Origin: Aquifex aeolicus VF5
GTDB taxonomy: Bacteria; Aquificota; Aquificia; Aquificales; Aquificaceae
DNA length: 32,000 nucleotides
NCBI RefSeq assembly: GCF_000008625.1
Contig: NC_000918.1
Location: 420,001 to 452,000 of the forward strand
Direction: 5' to 3'
Shown here piece after piece: positions 8,470 through 20,820 of the stretch (position 1 is its first letter; each line of letters starts with the position of its first letter). A program made the position numbers and the translations under genes. The notes beneath the pieces are model-generated. The model did no database searches, was not told the DNA's origin, and worked only from the letters and a program-made list of their open reading frames with translations.

Positions 8470-11400
8470 GCCTCCTTTATTATTTCTTCCAATCCTTCAT
8501 TTTTAAGGAAGAAAACCTCGGAAATACCTCCCCTTGCACTCACGCCTACAATCTTATCCGCAAAGGAGGTCACAACTTCTCTTAAGGTTACCACTATAAA
8601 CTGGGCTTCTTTTGACTTTTCTCTTATCAACTCACCCACTTTCTTAGCGTTAACCTCGTCAAGGTGGGCGTCTACTTCGTCAAAGTAGTAAAATGGAGAA
8701 GGTTTGTACTCCTGAAGGGCAAATATAAGAGAAAGAGCTGCTAAAGTTTTCTCCCCTCCCGACATCGCTTCGAGGTACTGGACGTCTTTCCCCCTCGGTT
8801 TTACGGTTAACTGAACACCTCCCGAAAAGGGATCTTCGGGATTGTCCAAGAACATCTGAGCTTTACCTCCCGGTGAGAGAAAAGAGAATATCCTTTTCAG
8901 GCTTTTATTTATCTGGTTAAAGGCTTCTAAGAAGACTTTTCTCTTTTTGTTTTCCGTCTCTTCTATTAACTTCTTTATAGCTTTGCTCTCTTCCTTTAGT
9001 TTTTGTTGCTTTTCTTTGTAGTCGTTAAAGCGTTTTAATTCTTCCGCGTAGTCTTCCTCCGCCCTGAAGTTCACACTCCCCAGCTTTTGTATTTCTTCCG
9101 TAACTCTTTTTAACTTCTCTTTAAGCTTGGGAATACTTTCTTCATCCGCTCCGAGTTTTAAGTCCTCGTATTCTTTAAGTTCTTCGTTTAAGTTCTCTAT
9201 TTTTTCTTCTAGTACCTTAAGGTTTTTCTCTTTTTCAAAGATTTTCTCTTTTAATTCTTCTTCTTTTATTTTTAATTTTCCGAGTTTTGATTTTAAATTA
9301 AGTATTTCCTTCTCGAGTTCTTCCTTTTGTTTTATGTAATCGTAAACCTTTACCTCTGCTTCCTTTACTTCCTGTAAGGTTTTTTCTTTAAAAAGGATCA
9401 AGTTTTCTATTTCTTTCTTTAGAGACTTTATTCTTTCCGTCAGGTACTCTCTTTCCCTTTCTTTTTCCTGTATTTCTTTCTCCAAGTATTCAAGCTCGTA
9501 GGTTTTTTTATTCAGTTCCCTTTCAATTTCGTTTAAAGACTTTTCTATTTCTGAAACCTGTTTCCTTACCTTTGAGTACTCCCTCCTCTTTTCCTCAACC
9601 CCTTCTCTGGAGTAGTGCCTCTTTATATCTCCTTCTTTGAGCTTTAAATTATTCAGCTTCTCCTCGTAGTACTCTATTTCTTCCGCCAATTCCTTTAACT
9701 TATCTTCTACATTTAAAAGCTTTTCTTCGAGTATTTTTAAGTATTCTTTTGAATTTTCGAGCTTTTCTTTAAACTTTTCTTCGTATTGCTCTAAGCCTTC
9801 AGAAGATAGTTCTTCTATTTTCCTTTCACTTACCTTTAAAAGCGCTGTCTTTTCCGAAATTAAGTTTCTTATTTCCCTTATTTTTTTCTGGATTATGCTT
9901 TCTTCATTTTTGAGCTTTTCCTCTTCTGCATTTAGTCTCTGGAGTTCTTCTTCATAGTAGCGTTTATTGAGTTCTCCCGAAGGCTTTACGGCTCCTCCCG
10001 TAATCACACCGCTTTTTTCAAAAAGCTCGCCTTCAAGCGTTACCATTCTGTAATTCCCTATACCTATTGCCTTTGCACTTTCAAAGTTTTCAACTATCAG
10101 CGTGTCTCCGAAGACGAACTTAACGACTTTCTCAAACTTCGGATCGTACTCCACGAGGTTTACCGCAAAGTCCACAGCCCCCTTTGTCCTCGGATACCTG
10201 AGAGGTCTTTCCTCAACCCTGACTCTATTCAGGGGAATAAAACTAAACCTTCCTAAGTTCATTCTCTTTGCAAGTTGTATGCACTCCTTTGCAACCTCTT
10301 CGTCTTCTACAACTATGAACTTTAGCCTTCCCCCGCCGGCTACCTCTATGGCGGTTATGTGCTCTGGATTTTTGACCCTTATAAGTTCACTTACGCTTCC
10401 GTAAACGCCTTTAATATCTTTAAAAACATCTGAAACGTCCGAAAAACTTCTTACTTCCCTTTCTATCGCACCCTTTTCCTTGAGTACTTCTTCAAGTTTT
10501 TTCCTGACTTCGCTTAATCTTTTTTCGTAAATGTTGAGTTCTTGCGTGAGATTTCTTAACTCTTCTTCTTCTTTCTTTTTAATTGCTTTTAGCCTTTTGA
10601 TTTCCTGTTCCTTTTCCTTAATTTCCTTGATTTTCTCTTCTCTTTCCGATATTAACTTGTTTATATCTTCCTTTATCCTTTCTATTTTGTTTTTTAAGTT
10701 TGCTCTTTGAATTTCTAACTCTTGTTTTTCTTTGTTAAGAGAGTTCAATTTTTCCGTTAATTTCTCCTTTTCTTCTTCAAGTTTTTTAACCTCGTCGAAG
10801 GTTATCTTTAGTCTTTCTTCTTCTTCTTCAAGTTCTCTCAATTTTTCCCTCTCAACTTCTTTTAAAGACTTATACTCTTCTTTGAGTTTTTCGAGTTCAA
10901 GTTGTAAAGTTCCTACCTCTCTTTCAAGATTTTCCTTATCACTCAAAAGGTTGTTTATTAATTCTTCAAGATTTTTAACTCTATTTTCGCTCTCTTTTAA
11001 TTCCCTTTCTTTTTCCTTTATACTCCTCTCTGCGTTTTCAATTTCCGCGGTAAACTTTCCCACTTTTTCTTTGAAGGGCATTATCTTTTCGTTTACTTCC
11101 TTTAAAAGTCTTTCTCTTTCATTTAATTCCTTTTCATTTTCCTGTATTTGGAAAGTTATATCTTCCAAACTTTCTCTCAAGGAGCTGAGTTCGTTTAAAA
11201 TTCTTTCCCTTTCTTTCAGGAGTTTTTCCTTTTCTTTTAGAAGTATTTTTGCTTCTGTTTCCCTCTTTATCCTTTGTAGTTCCTTAAATTTCTCAAGTTT
11301 TTCTTTTTCTTCCTTTAGTCTTTTCAATTGATTAGATATCTCTTCGAGTATGAGGTCTATTTCCTTTATTTTCAGTTCTACTTCCGCGAGTTCTTCTAAG

Positions 11401-11936
11401 GCTTTTTCCTTTTTCCTCTCGTATTCCCCTATTCCCGAAATTTCTTCAATTATTTTCCTCCTCTCTACGGGAGTCATCTTAAGGAACTTGACGATGTCTC
11501 CCTGATACACCACGTTGTAAGCGGTCTCGTATATACCCGCTTTTGCGAGGAAATCCTTCAAATCCCTCTCTCTTACTACCTGACCGTTTATTTTGAAAAT
11601 GCTCCTTCCGTCTTTTGAAACCTTTCTGGATATTACAACTTCTTCATCTTCTACAGGAAACGCTCCTAGGTTTTTGAAGTGAACTTCCACGTAGGCGTGA
11701 TCTGCTTTCTGACCGTTTTTGGAAAAAATTAAGTAACTTAAGTTCTTTGCCCTGAGTGCTTTTGCACTGCTAAGCCCGAGTGCAAAGGATATTGCGTCCC
11801 CTATGTTACTTTTTCCCGCACCGTTCGGGCCTACTACCGCTATAAATCCTTCACCGAGAGGTATTTCTTTCCTTTTTGTCCCGTAGGATTTAAATCCCTC
11901 CACTACTATCTTTTCTATGTACGCCCTTTTTTCCAT
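8466..11936 (-). CDS. smc: Chromosome segregation protein SMC
   Basis: 1156 aa; Walker A GPNGAGKSNI, long coiled coils with hinge (YGSVSELIRV...AIEVAGGG), C-terminal MSGGEKTLAALSLIFALQEYKPSPFYYFDEVDAHLD. Confidence 0.97.
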   Translation of the reverse strand: MEKRAYIEKIVVEGFKSYGTKRKEIPLGEGFIAVVGPNGAGKSNIGDAISFALGLSSAKALRAKNLSYLIFSKNGQKADHAYVEVHFKNLGAFPVEDEEVVISRKVSKDGRSIFKINGQVVRERDLKDFLAKAGIYETAYNVVYQGDIVKFLKMTPVERRKIIEEISGIGEYERKKEKALEELAEVELKIKEIDLILEEISNQLKRLKEEKEKLEKFKELQRIKRETEAKILLKEKEKLLKERERILNELSSLRESLEDITFQIQENEKELNERERLLKEVNEKIMPFKEKVGKFTAEIENAERSIKEKERELKESENRVKNLEELINNLLSDKENLEREVGTLQLELEKLKEEYKSLKEVEREKLRELEEEEERLKITFDEVKKLEEEKEKLTEKLNSLNKEKQELEIQRANLKNKIERIKEDINKLISEREEKIKEIKEKEQEIKRLKAIKKKEEEELRNLTQELNIYEKRLSEVRKKLEEVLKEKGAIEREVRSFSDVSDVFKDIKGVYGSVSELIRVKNPEHITAIEVAGGGRLKFIVVEDEEVAKECIQLAKRMNLGRFSFIPLNRVRVEERPLRYPRTKGAVDFAVNLVEYDPKFEKVVKFVFGDTLIVENFESAKAIGIGNYRMVTLEGELFEKSGVITGGAVKPSGELNKRYYEEELQRLNAEEEKLKNEESIIQKKIREIRNLISEKTALLKVSERKIEELSSEGLEQYEEKFKEKLENSKEYLKILEEKLLNVEDKLKELAEEIEYYEEKLNNLKLKEGDIKRHYSREGVEEKRREYSKVRKQVSEIEKSLNEIERELNKKTYELEYLEKEIQEKEREREYLTERIKSLKKEIENLILFKEKTLQEVKEAEVKVYDYIKQKEELEKEILNLKSKLGKLKIKEEELKEKIFEKEKNLKVLEEKIENLNEELKEYEDLKLGADEESIPKLKEKLKRVTEEIQKLGSVNFRAEEDYAEELKRFNDYKEKQQKLKEESKAIKKLIEETENKKRKVFLEAFNQINKSLKRIFSFLSPGGKAQMFLDNPEDPFSGGVQLTVKPRGKDVQYLEAMSGGEKTLAALSLIFALQEYKPSPFYYFDEVDAHLDEVNAKKVGELIREKSKEAQFIVVTLREVVTSFADKIVGVSARGGISEVFFLKNEGLEEIIKEA

Positions 11937-11950
11937 CAGATACGGATAAA

Positions 11951-12193
11951 TTATACTTCGTAAATTCTGTCAAGTAGTTCGTTAGCCTTTTCTTTGTCTA
12001 AGTTTCTCAGTTGTTTGTATACCTCCCTCGCTTTTTCAACTTTTCCCGCCCTTATGTAAGCAATTCCGAGCTTAAAAAGTAGTTCAGGATCTTTGGGATT
12101 TTTCTTTACCTCTTCTTCCAGTTCCTGGGCTAACTTCTCAACTAGCCCTTCCGCCATTTTGCTGAAAACGCCTTTTTTGCCAAACATCTTCAC
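11951..12193 (-). CDS. Small TPR-like protein
   Basis: 80 aa; PKDPELLFKLGIAYIRAGKVEKAREVYKQLRNL matches a TPR unit; overlaps the downstream-oriented radical SAM ORF by 4 nt. Confidence 0.65.
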   Translation of the reverse strand: MKMFGKKGVFSKMAEGLVEKLAQELEEEVKKNPKDPELLFKLGIAYIRAGKVEKAREVYKQLRNLDKEKANELLDRIYEV

Positions 12194-13143
12194 ACCCCGT
12201 ATTTATAAAACGGATACCTCGCACCTTGATATGTTCCCCTCCTTTCTAAGGTTTCCCTTACCTTCTGTATTACCGCATTTTTGTACTTGAAAGTACACCA
12301 CTCGGGAGCTATCAACCTCTCTTCGTCCGTTTCTCCGGTAATTCTGTGAACTACCATATCGGGCGGAAGTAGTTCTATCACGTCTGCACAGTACTCGGCG
12401 TACTCCTCAAGGGTAAGGGTTTTAAACTCTTCGTTTAAGTACTGCTTTTCCATGACCGTTCCCTTTATAACGTGAAGCGGATGTATCTTTATGCCATCTA
12501 TCGGAAGAGATGCTATGAGCTTTGCCGTTTCTATAAAGTCCTCCCTCGTTTCTCCGGGAAGTCCGATAATCATGTGTGCACACACTTTGAGGTTTCTCTT
12601 TTTCGTCCTAAGAACTGCATCCACGAAGTCGGAAACTCCATGCTGTCTGTTTATCTTCTTTAAGGTCTCGAAGTTTGCACTCTGGAGTCCGTACTCCACC
12701 CAAACCTCCAAGCCCTTGTTTGCGTAATACTCTAAAAGGTCGAGAACCTCTTCGGGAGCGCAGTCGGGACGCGTTCCCACGTCTATGCCTACAACGCCTT
12801 CAAACTTCAGGGCTGTATCGTAAACTTTTTTAAGTGTTTCTATATCCGCGTAAGTGTTCGTATAAGACTGGTAATAAATCGTAAAGTATATGTCCTCGCC
12901 GTACTTTTTCTTAGCCCTTTCAATACCTTCTTTTATTTGAACTTCTAAAGGGATTACAGGAGAAAGCATGGAAGGTTTTGAGCCGTCGTAGCAGTACGTA
13001 CAACCGCCCCTTCCCTTGGTTCCGTCTCTGTTCGGACACGTAAAGGGAAGTGCTACGGTTATCTTCTGTACCCTCTTCCCGTACTTTTCCTTGAAGTAGT
13101 CCTTAAGGGAGTAGTAGAGTCTTTGAGTCTTCACTTGAGCCAT
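12190..13143 (-). CDS. Radical SAM protein, YhcC/TIGR01212-type
   Basis: 317 aa; CPNRDGTKGRGGCTYC cluster motif; CxxRDGxxxxGGCxxC arrangement typical of the YhcC group. Confidence 0.85.
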   Translation of the reverse strand: MAQVKTQRLYYSLKDYFKEKYGKRVQKITVALPFTCPNRDGTKGRGGCTYCYDGSKPSMLSPVIPLEVQIKEGIERAKKKYGEDIYFTIYYQSYTNTYADIETLKKVYDTALKFEGVVGIDVGTRPDCAPEEVLDLLEYYANKGLEVWVEYGLQSANFETLKKINRQHGVSDFVDAVLRTKKRNLKVCAHMIIGLPGETREDFIETAKLIASLPIDGIKIHPLHVIKGTVMEKQYLNEEFKTLTLEEYAEYCADVIELLPPDMVVHRITGETDEERLIAPEWCTFKYKNAVIQKVRETLERRGTYQGARYPFYKYGV

Positions 13144-13159
13144 GATTTTATTAATTTAA

Positions 13160-15748
<2,589 letters not shown>

Positions 15749-15760
15749 AAAATTAATTTT

Positions 15761-15931
15761 ATGGTAGACAAAGAACTTCTCGAAATTCTCGCCTGTCCGA
15801 AGTGTAAGGGTGATTTAAAGTATGAGGAGGAAAAGGAAATCCTTATATGTGAAAAGTGTAAGGTTTATTACGAAATAAAGGAGGGGATACCTATACTTCT
15901 GCCCGAGTCTGCGAAACCTCTTTCAGGATAA
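15761..15931 (+). CDS. Trm112/UPF0434 (YcaR)-like small zinc-ribbon protein; not in supplied ORF track
   Basis: Read directly: MVDKELLEILACPKCKGDLKYEEEKEILICEKCKVYYEIKEGIPILLPESAKPLSG*; LLEILACPxCKGxL and CxxC...YxIxxGIPxLLPE are diagnostic. Confidence 0.85.
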   Translation: MVDKELLEILACPKCKGDLKYEEEKEILICEKCKVYYEIKEGIPILLPESAKPLSG

Positions 15932-16579
15932 TTTCCTTTAATTCTTCTTCCCGATCCGTTGAGTAATCTGAAGGTATATCTTCTTGAAAGACCTTTTTAA
16001 AGTGAACGAACTTAACAGGTTTCCTGTACATCTTCCTGTAAGAGTAAACCATTTCCCAGTCCGCGTTGTTGTCACCGATGTAGAGTCCTTCCTGAGCACC
16101 GAGCATTTCCATACAGAGGTGAAGGGGGTAAGGGTGGGGCTTCCTTAAGTTCGGGTCTCCCACCTCGTCCTCGTCTATTATCGCTTCAAAGTACTTCCAA
16201 AGGTCAAACCTGTCAAAGAGGTACTTCAAATCCCTTCTCGGTCTTCCCGTGACCACGCCATAACCACGCCATTTCTCTTCAAGCTTTCAAAGAACTCGGG
16301 TTTTAGTATTAACTCTTCTTTGTCTTTTAATTTGTCGTAATAGCCTTCGAAAACTTCTACGAGTTCCTTGTAATCCGGCGGTTTGTAGCCGAGGTTCTTT
16401 ATTAATTCGTAAGTAACGTCCCAGTCGTTGTTTATTCCGTTTTTAAATTTAAACTCCCGGATGTACGAAAGTTCCAGTTCTCTTCCGGTGAAGTGCTTTA
16501 TGGTTTCCTTTATTGCGTGGTGATAGGAATTCCTCACGTCTACAATTACTCCGTCCACGTCAAATATAGCTGCTTTCAT
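15891..16579 (-). pseudogene. HAD-superfamily phosphatase, frameshifted near 16245-16265
   Basis: N-terminal ORF 16226..16579 (MKAAIFDVDGVIVD...) and C-terminal ORF 15891..16256 (VVTGRPRRDLKYLFDRF...EDEVG..KPHPYPL...YIGDNNADWEM) carry complementary halves of a HAD domain in different frames. Confidence 0.8.
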
Positions 16580-17487
16580 ACCGTGAGCTCCACCTCTTTT
16601 GTTTTCTCAAGTAAGTACTGTATGAAGTTGCTCGCCAAGAAAGTGATAGTACTGTTTTTTGGATAAATTATGTGGAATCTCCTCTTTATTTCAAAACCTT
16701 TAATCTTAACGACTACTAAATTTCCCGCTTTTATTTCTCCGTTCAGTAATCCTTTAGACAGGAAAGAGCATCCGTAACCGTTTTTTACTATCTGTATTAT
16801 GTTTCTGCTGCTTGTTGATTCGATTTTTATGTTCAATTTATCGAACATTATTCCGAGTTCTTCGAGCTTTTCCCTCACGAGTTTCCTCGTTCCCGAGTGG
16901 GCTTCCCTCATAACGAGATCCAGTTCGTAAAGCCTTTCCGGTTCTATTTCTCCCTCCTTTGCTATCGGGTGTTCGGGATAAGTGAAAAATACTATCTCGT
17001 CCTCTAAAAAGGGAATATCAACGAATTTATCAGAAGGCTTTCTCTCTATTATTCCCACGTTCAGAACTCCGGAAACGAGTCCTTCTTCAACGTCGTGAGA
17101 GTTTCCCGTAAATATCTTTATCTTGGAACTTGGAAATTCCTTGTGAAATTCCGCTATTATCTTCGGGATTATGTACTCGCTGGGGGTTGCGCTGAGAACG
17201 AGGAATAGCGTATCTTTCAAATCTTTCTTTATCCTCGCTATTTCTTCCATAAGTCCTTCGTAACTGTTTAAAAGGAGTTTTGCTATTTCGTATATTCTCT
17301 TTCCCTCTTCAGTCAGGACCATCCTTCCGCCCTGTCTCTGGAAGAGTTTGGCTCCTACTGTTTTTTCCAGAGCTTTTATCTGCTGTGTTACTGCTGGTTG
17401 AGTTATGTATAAAACCTCCGATGCTTTTGAAAAACTTCCCAGCTCCGCGACGGTAACAAAAGTCTTGAGCTTAGAAATATCAATCAT
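16576..17487 (-). CDS. LysR-family transcriptional regulator
   Basis: 303 aa; N-terminal wHTH LKTFVTVAELGSFSKASEVLYITQPAVTQQIKALEKTVGAKLFQR and substrate-binding domain; 4-nt overlap with HAD start. Confidence 0.92.
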   Translation of the reverse strand: MIDISKLKTFVTVAELGSFSKASEVLYITQPAVTQQIKALEKTVGAKLFQRQGGRMVLTEEGKRIYEIAKLLLNSYEGLMEEIARIKKDLKDTLFLVLSATPSEYIIPKIIAEFHKEFPSSKIKIFTGNSHDVEEGLVSGVLNVGIIERKPSDKFVDIPFLEDEIVFFTYPEHPIAKEGEIEPERLYELDLVMREAHSGTRKLVREKLEELGIMFDKLNIKIESTSSRNIIQIVKNGYGCSFLSKGLLNGEIKAGNLVVVKIKGFEIKRRFHIIYPKNSTITFLASNFIQYLLEKTKEVELTV

Positions 17488-17557
17488 CCTTATTAATTTT
17501 ATACCTCGGATAAGAAATGTTTATGAGGGTTATAAAAAAGAAAAATGGAGAGAAAGA

Positions 17558-17938
17558 TTACCAGGTGAGAACTCTTCCCGCCTGACCGAGCGAAGGAAGT
17601 GCCTGGCTGGGTGTTAAAAGCGGTACGTCAAAGGCTAAGTCTTCCTTTGTCATTCCGTTGAGTTCTAAGGACTGGAGACATCCGACGAACTGAACACCGT
17701 TGTCCAATGCGAGTTCCATAAAGTCCTTGATGGTATTTCCTTCTTCCATGGGACGTATGCTTTCCGCAACGCCTTTCTTGAGAAGGAGTGTAGCTGGTCC
17801 GGTGAAGTACATGACCACGTTCATGTCAGCAGCAGCAGCGGTTGAAGCGAGGAAGAAAGCAGATGGAAGTCTCTTAGGATTTTCGGGACCTGTTATTAAT
17901 ATGATTACAAGATCAGCAGCTTGTTGTTGTTCGCTCAT
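17558..17938 (-). CDS. DsrE/F-like small protein
   Basis: 126 aa; AFFLASTAAAADMNVVMYFTGPATLLLKKG...NGVQFVGCLQSLELNGMTKEDL; DsrE-like fold pattern with conserved Cys. Confidence 0.7.
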   Translation of the reverse strand: MSEQQQAADLVIILITGPENPKRLPSAFFLASTAAAADMNVVMYFTGPATLLLKKGVAESIRPMEEGNTIKDFMELALDNGVQFVGCLQSLELNGMTKEDLAFDVPLLTPSQALPSLGQAGRVLTW

Positions 17939-18040
17939 TCTTTCACCTCCTTAATAAGGAGTTTAATATATAAGAATGTTTAAAATCATCTAAAAAGATT
18001 TAATGGTAGTATAAACGGAACTTATAAAATACTTTCTTTG

Positions 18041-18991
18041 ATGAAAATCTACTTAATGGGCTCGGACCAGAGGATAGTTAGGTGTGCGAGGGTGTCCTTT
18101 GCAAAGGACTCATATGTCGATGAAAAGAGGGACAAAAGACTCATTCGCTACCTCTTCAAGCACAGGCACGCGTCTCCCTTTGAGCACAACATCATTGCCT
18201 TTGAGTGGAAAAAGGAGAAGTGGATAGAACTCCTTTCAAAGCTGGAAAACCCTACCGTTCAGGTTTACTACTCAAATGGCTTTGTTTTTCTTAACTTAAG
18301 GAACGCTATCAACGTATGGGAACTTTTGCCCGACGCAGTCAAAGAAAGGATAAAGGAGGCTTTTCCTACCACTTACGGAGTAATTCAGCGGAGAGGGGAA
18401 ATTGAGGATGAGGAACTTTATTCCCTTCCCTACACTAAAGATAAAGCTTACGTAAAGGAAAAGATTGAGACGAGTTCTGGCTGGATCGGGCTTGTTGATA
18501 AGCTGGAACTGGAAACTGATATGGATTTTTACACTTTTGTGGTTGAATGCCCTCTTTTTGTAGCCCGTCAGTGGATGAGGCACAGGTTCGGCTCTTACAA
18601 CGAGGTTTCTAAAAGGTACGTGGGAAAGGAGTTTCTGGAATTTTATCTCCCTAAATACATAAGAAAGCAAGCGGAGAAAAACAAACAGGCTTCTGTGGAT
18701 GAACCTATTTCTGAGAGTGAAGTTTTTATAAAAAAAATAGAAAATTTGATAAGCAAAAGCGTAAAGCTCTACGAGGAGATAATAGAAAAGGGCGGTGCAA
18801 AAGAGCTCGCAAGGGGAGTGCTTCCCCAGTTTATGAAAACGAGGTTTTACTGGACCGTTCCGAGGATTTCTCTTGACAACTTCATAACCCTCAGAACTCA
18901 CGAAGGTGCACAAAAAGAGATAAGGGAATTTGCAGAAGCTATAAAGGAAATGGTAGGATACAGGGGAACTGATAAGAAGAACGTCATTTAA
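18041..18991 (+). CDS. thyX: Flavin-dependent thymidylate synthase
   Basis: RHRFGSYNEVSKRY matches the ThyX motif RHRxxSxNExSxRY; N-terminal RVSF...HASPFEH. ATG at 18041 preferred over track TTG 18038. Confidence 0.93.
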   Translation: MKIYLMGSDQRIVRCARVSFAKDSYVDEKRDKRLIRYLFKHRHASPFEHNIIAFEWKKEKWIELLSKLENPTVQVYYSNGFVFLNLRNAINVWELLPDAVKERIKEAFPTTYGVIQRRGEIEDEELYSLPYTKDKAYVKEKIETSSGWIGLVDKLELETDMDFYTFVVECPLFVARQWMRHRFGSYNEVSKRYVGKEFLEFYLPKYIRKQAEKNKQASVDEPISESEVFIKKIENLISKSVKLYEEIIEKGGAKELARGVLPQFMKTRFYWTVPRISLDNFITLRTHEGAQKEIREFAEAIKEMVGYRGTDKKNVI

Positions 18992-19002
18992 AATTTGCTC
19001 TA

Positions 19003-20085
19003 TCAAGAAATCCCTTGAGTTCTTACAATTTTCTCTTTTTCGTCAACTTCAAAAATCTTTCCCAGAAACTGTTCACAAACCCATATATTTGTGAGGAGAT
19101 GCCCGGTAAACTGAGGAACTCTTATCTCACCTCCGACCAGAGCCATCAGAGGTATCAAGTGGTCCGCAAGGTGTCTGTCAACGGTGGCACCGGAGCTCCA
19201 GTCTTCGTGTAATTTTTTTACGGCCTCTGCTCCCACAACCTCTGCAAGCTTTCCCTTTTTACCCAGGTTATCCGCACCGAGAACGTTTCCTTTAGTGTCT
19301 TCAAGCCAGATGGTTATGCTCGTTCCTATTGAGTTTGCGTTTGCGTACTGTCTGTAAACCTCTGGTTCAGGGTAGCCTAAGTTTTTTAGAGCTTCTATAG
19401 CTCCCTTTGCCTGCCTTTCCGCCACTTTCCTTTCCCTTAACTCTTCGTGAGCCACGGAAAACACGTGAATTTTTCTAATCTCTCCTCTCTCAGTTCTGTA
19501 AAGGTTAACTTTATCTTTCAGGTATTCCTTCACTTCTTGTAAGTTTTCCGGCTGTTTTTCTAATTTGTTCCTTACGCTTAATTGGACAATCCCGCCACCC
19601 GCAGGGTAAAAGCCTCTCTTTAAAACTTCAAGTCTGATAAATTCGGGAACTTTGTAGATGTAGTGGAGAAATACGAACCTCACCCAGTCTATTGTCGGAC
19701 TTTTTGGTACGTCCGTTCCACCGATAACCTTTATCACTACTTCTCCGGGAACGAAAAGGGAGAGCGGAAGAATGGTTTGCAAGAAAAGAGGAATAGAACC
19801 TGCGGTGTCAAAGTTCACTTCGTAATAACCCGGTTTTAACTTTTGAGGTTTGTATTCAAGCTCAATAGAGCCGAGTTCGTCTCCCTTCACCTTTGCCTTT
19901 GCAAATCTTTTGAGAAGTTTTACTATGTTTAGGTGTTGTCTCTTGAGTCCAGGTTTTTCCCTTTTTGCCCTTATGTTGTAAATCCTTACGGGAACCTGTA
20001 GGAGTGTGCTTAAAAATAATGCCGTTCTTACTATCTGCCCTCCGCCTTCTCCGTACGAGCCGTCAAGCTCCAGAAACTCTCCCAT
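19003..20085 (-). CDS. rtcA: RNA 3'-terminal phosphate cyclase
   Basis: 360 aa; [43 protein letters not shown]. Confidence 0.95.
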
Positions 20086-20090
20086 CTCCC

Positions 20091-20774
20091 TTAAATGTAT
20101 CTTCCTTCACTTTCCATTATTACTCTTATAACGTTTCCCTCCTTTTCAATTTTAGAAACTTTGTAGTCGTAGAAGTTTATCTTCTCAAGGGAATTCAGGT
20201 CCACGTTTTTCTCGACTATGTACCTCAGGGTGTAGGCCCTGTGAGGCATAGGGTTTACCACCTTCTTACCTTTTCTTATGTAATCAAACCTCACGAAGGT
20301 AACGTCTTCAGGGAAGGTTAGTGTTTCCCTCTGCTCTGTCGTTAAAAAGTCAAAAATTACAGAACTTTCAAACATCTTTTTAGATATGTCCTTTAAAACC
20401 TCTTTCCAGAACTCCGTTAGCTTTTTTCCTTTGTACTTGTCCTGAAAGGTTACCGAGTACCTCGGTATTGGGTCATTGACTCCGAGCATGCCAAAAAGCG
20501 GAGATATTATAATTCCCCTGTCTATTATGTTTTGTTGAACTTCGGGCGGAAGACACCAAAACTCAAGACTGTCCCAGAATTTCCCATTATACCTCCTCCA
20601 CGCGGGAGCAAGGGGTTTAGTTTCTACCTTGAAGTACTCTATTAATTCCTTTCTATAGGGATTCAGTTCAGGGAACCTGTTCTTTTCCCTGTTTTCCCAT
20701 ATTGAGAAGTAGTCCTCCTTTACGAGGTCCATCGTGGACTGCTTTTTCTCCGAAGGAAGCAGGTAAAAAATCAT
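20091..20774 (-). CDS. YaaA/UPF0246 (DUF328)-like protein
   Basis: 227 aa; [56 protein letters not shown] match the YaaA layout. Confidence 0.65.
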
Positions 20775-20820
20775 GAGATTTATTTTAGCCCAAAAGAAGG
20801 CATGTTAAAATTTCCCTAAG

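Noticed and set aside
8466-11936. Antisense ORFs inside smc (9127..9339, 10102..10404, 10732..11331)
   Set aside because: Low-complexity Ser/Phe/Leu-rich products are mirror images of the Lys/Glu-rich coiled-coil codons; smc is unambiguous on the other strand.
18296-19006. 236 aa minus-strand ORF opposite thyX
   Set aside because: Contains no family motifs, and thyX motifs on the plus strand explain the locus.
20775-20820. Left-end attachment site duplicating the tRNA-Arg 3' end
   Set aside because: The intergenic sequence between the yaaA-like and McrC-like genes shows no copy of the tRNA 3' sequence on inspection.
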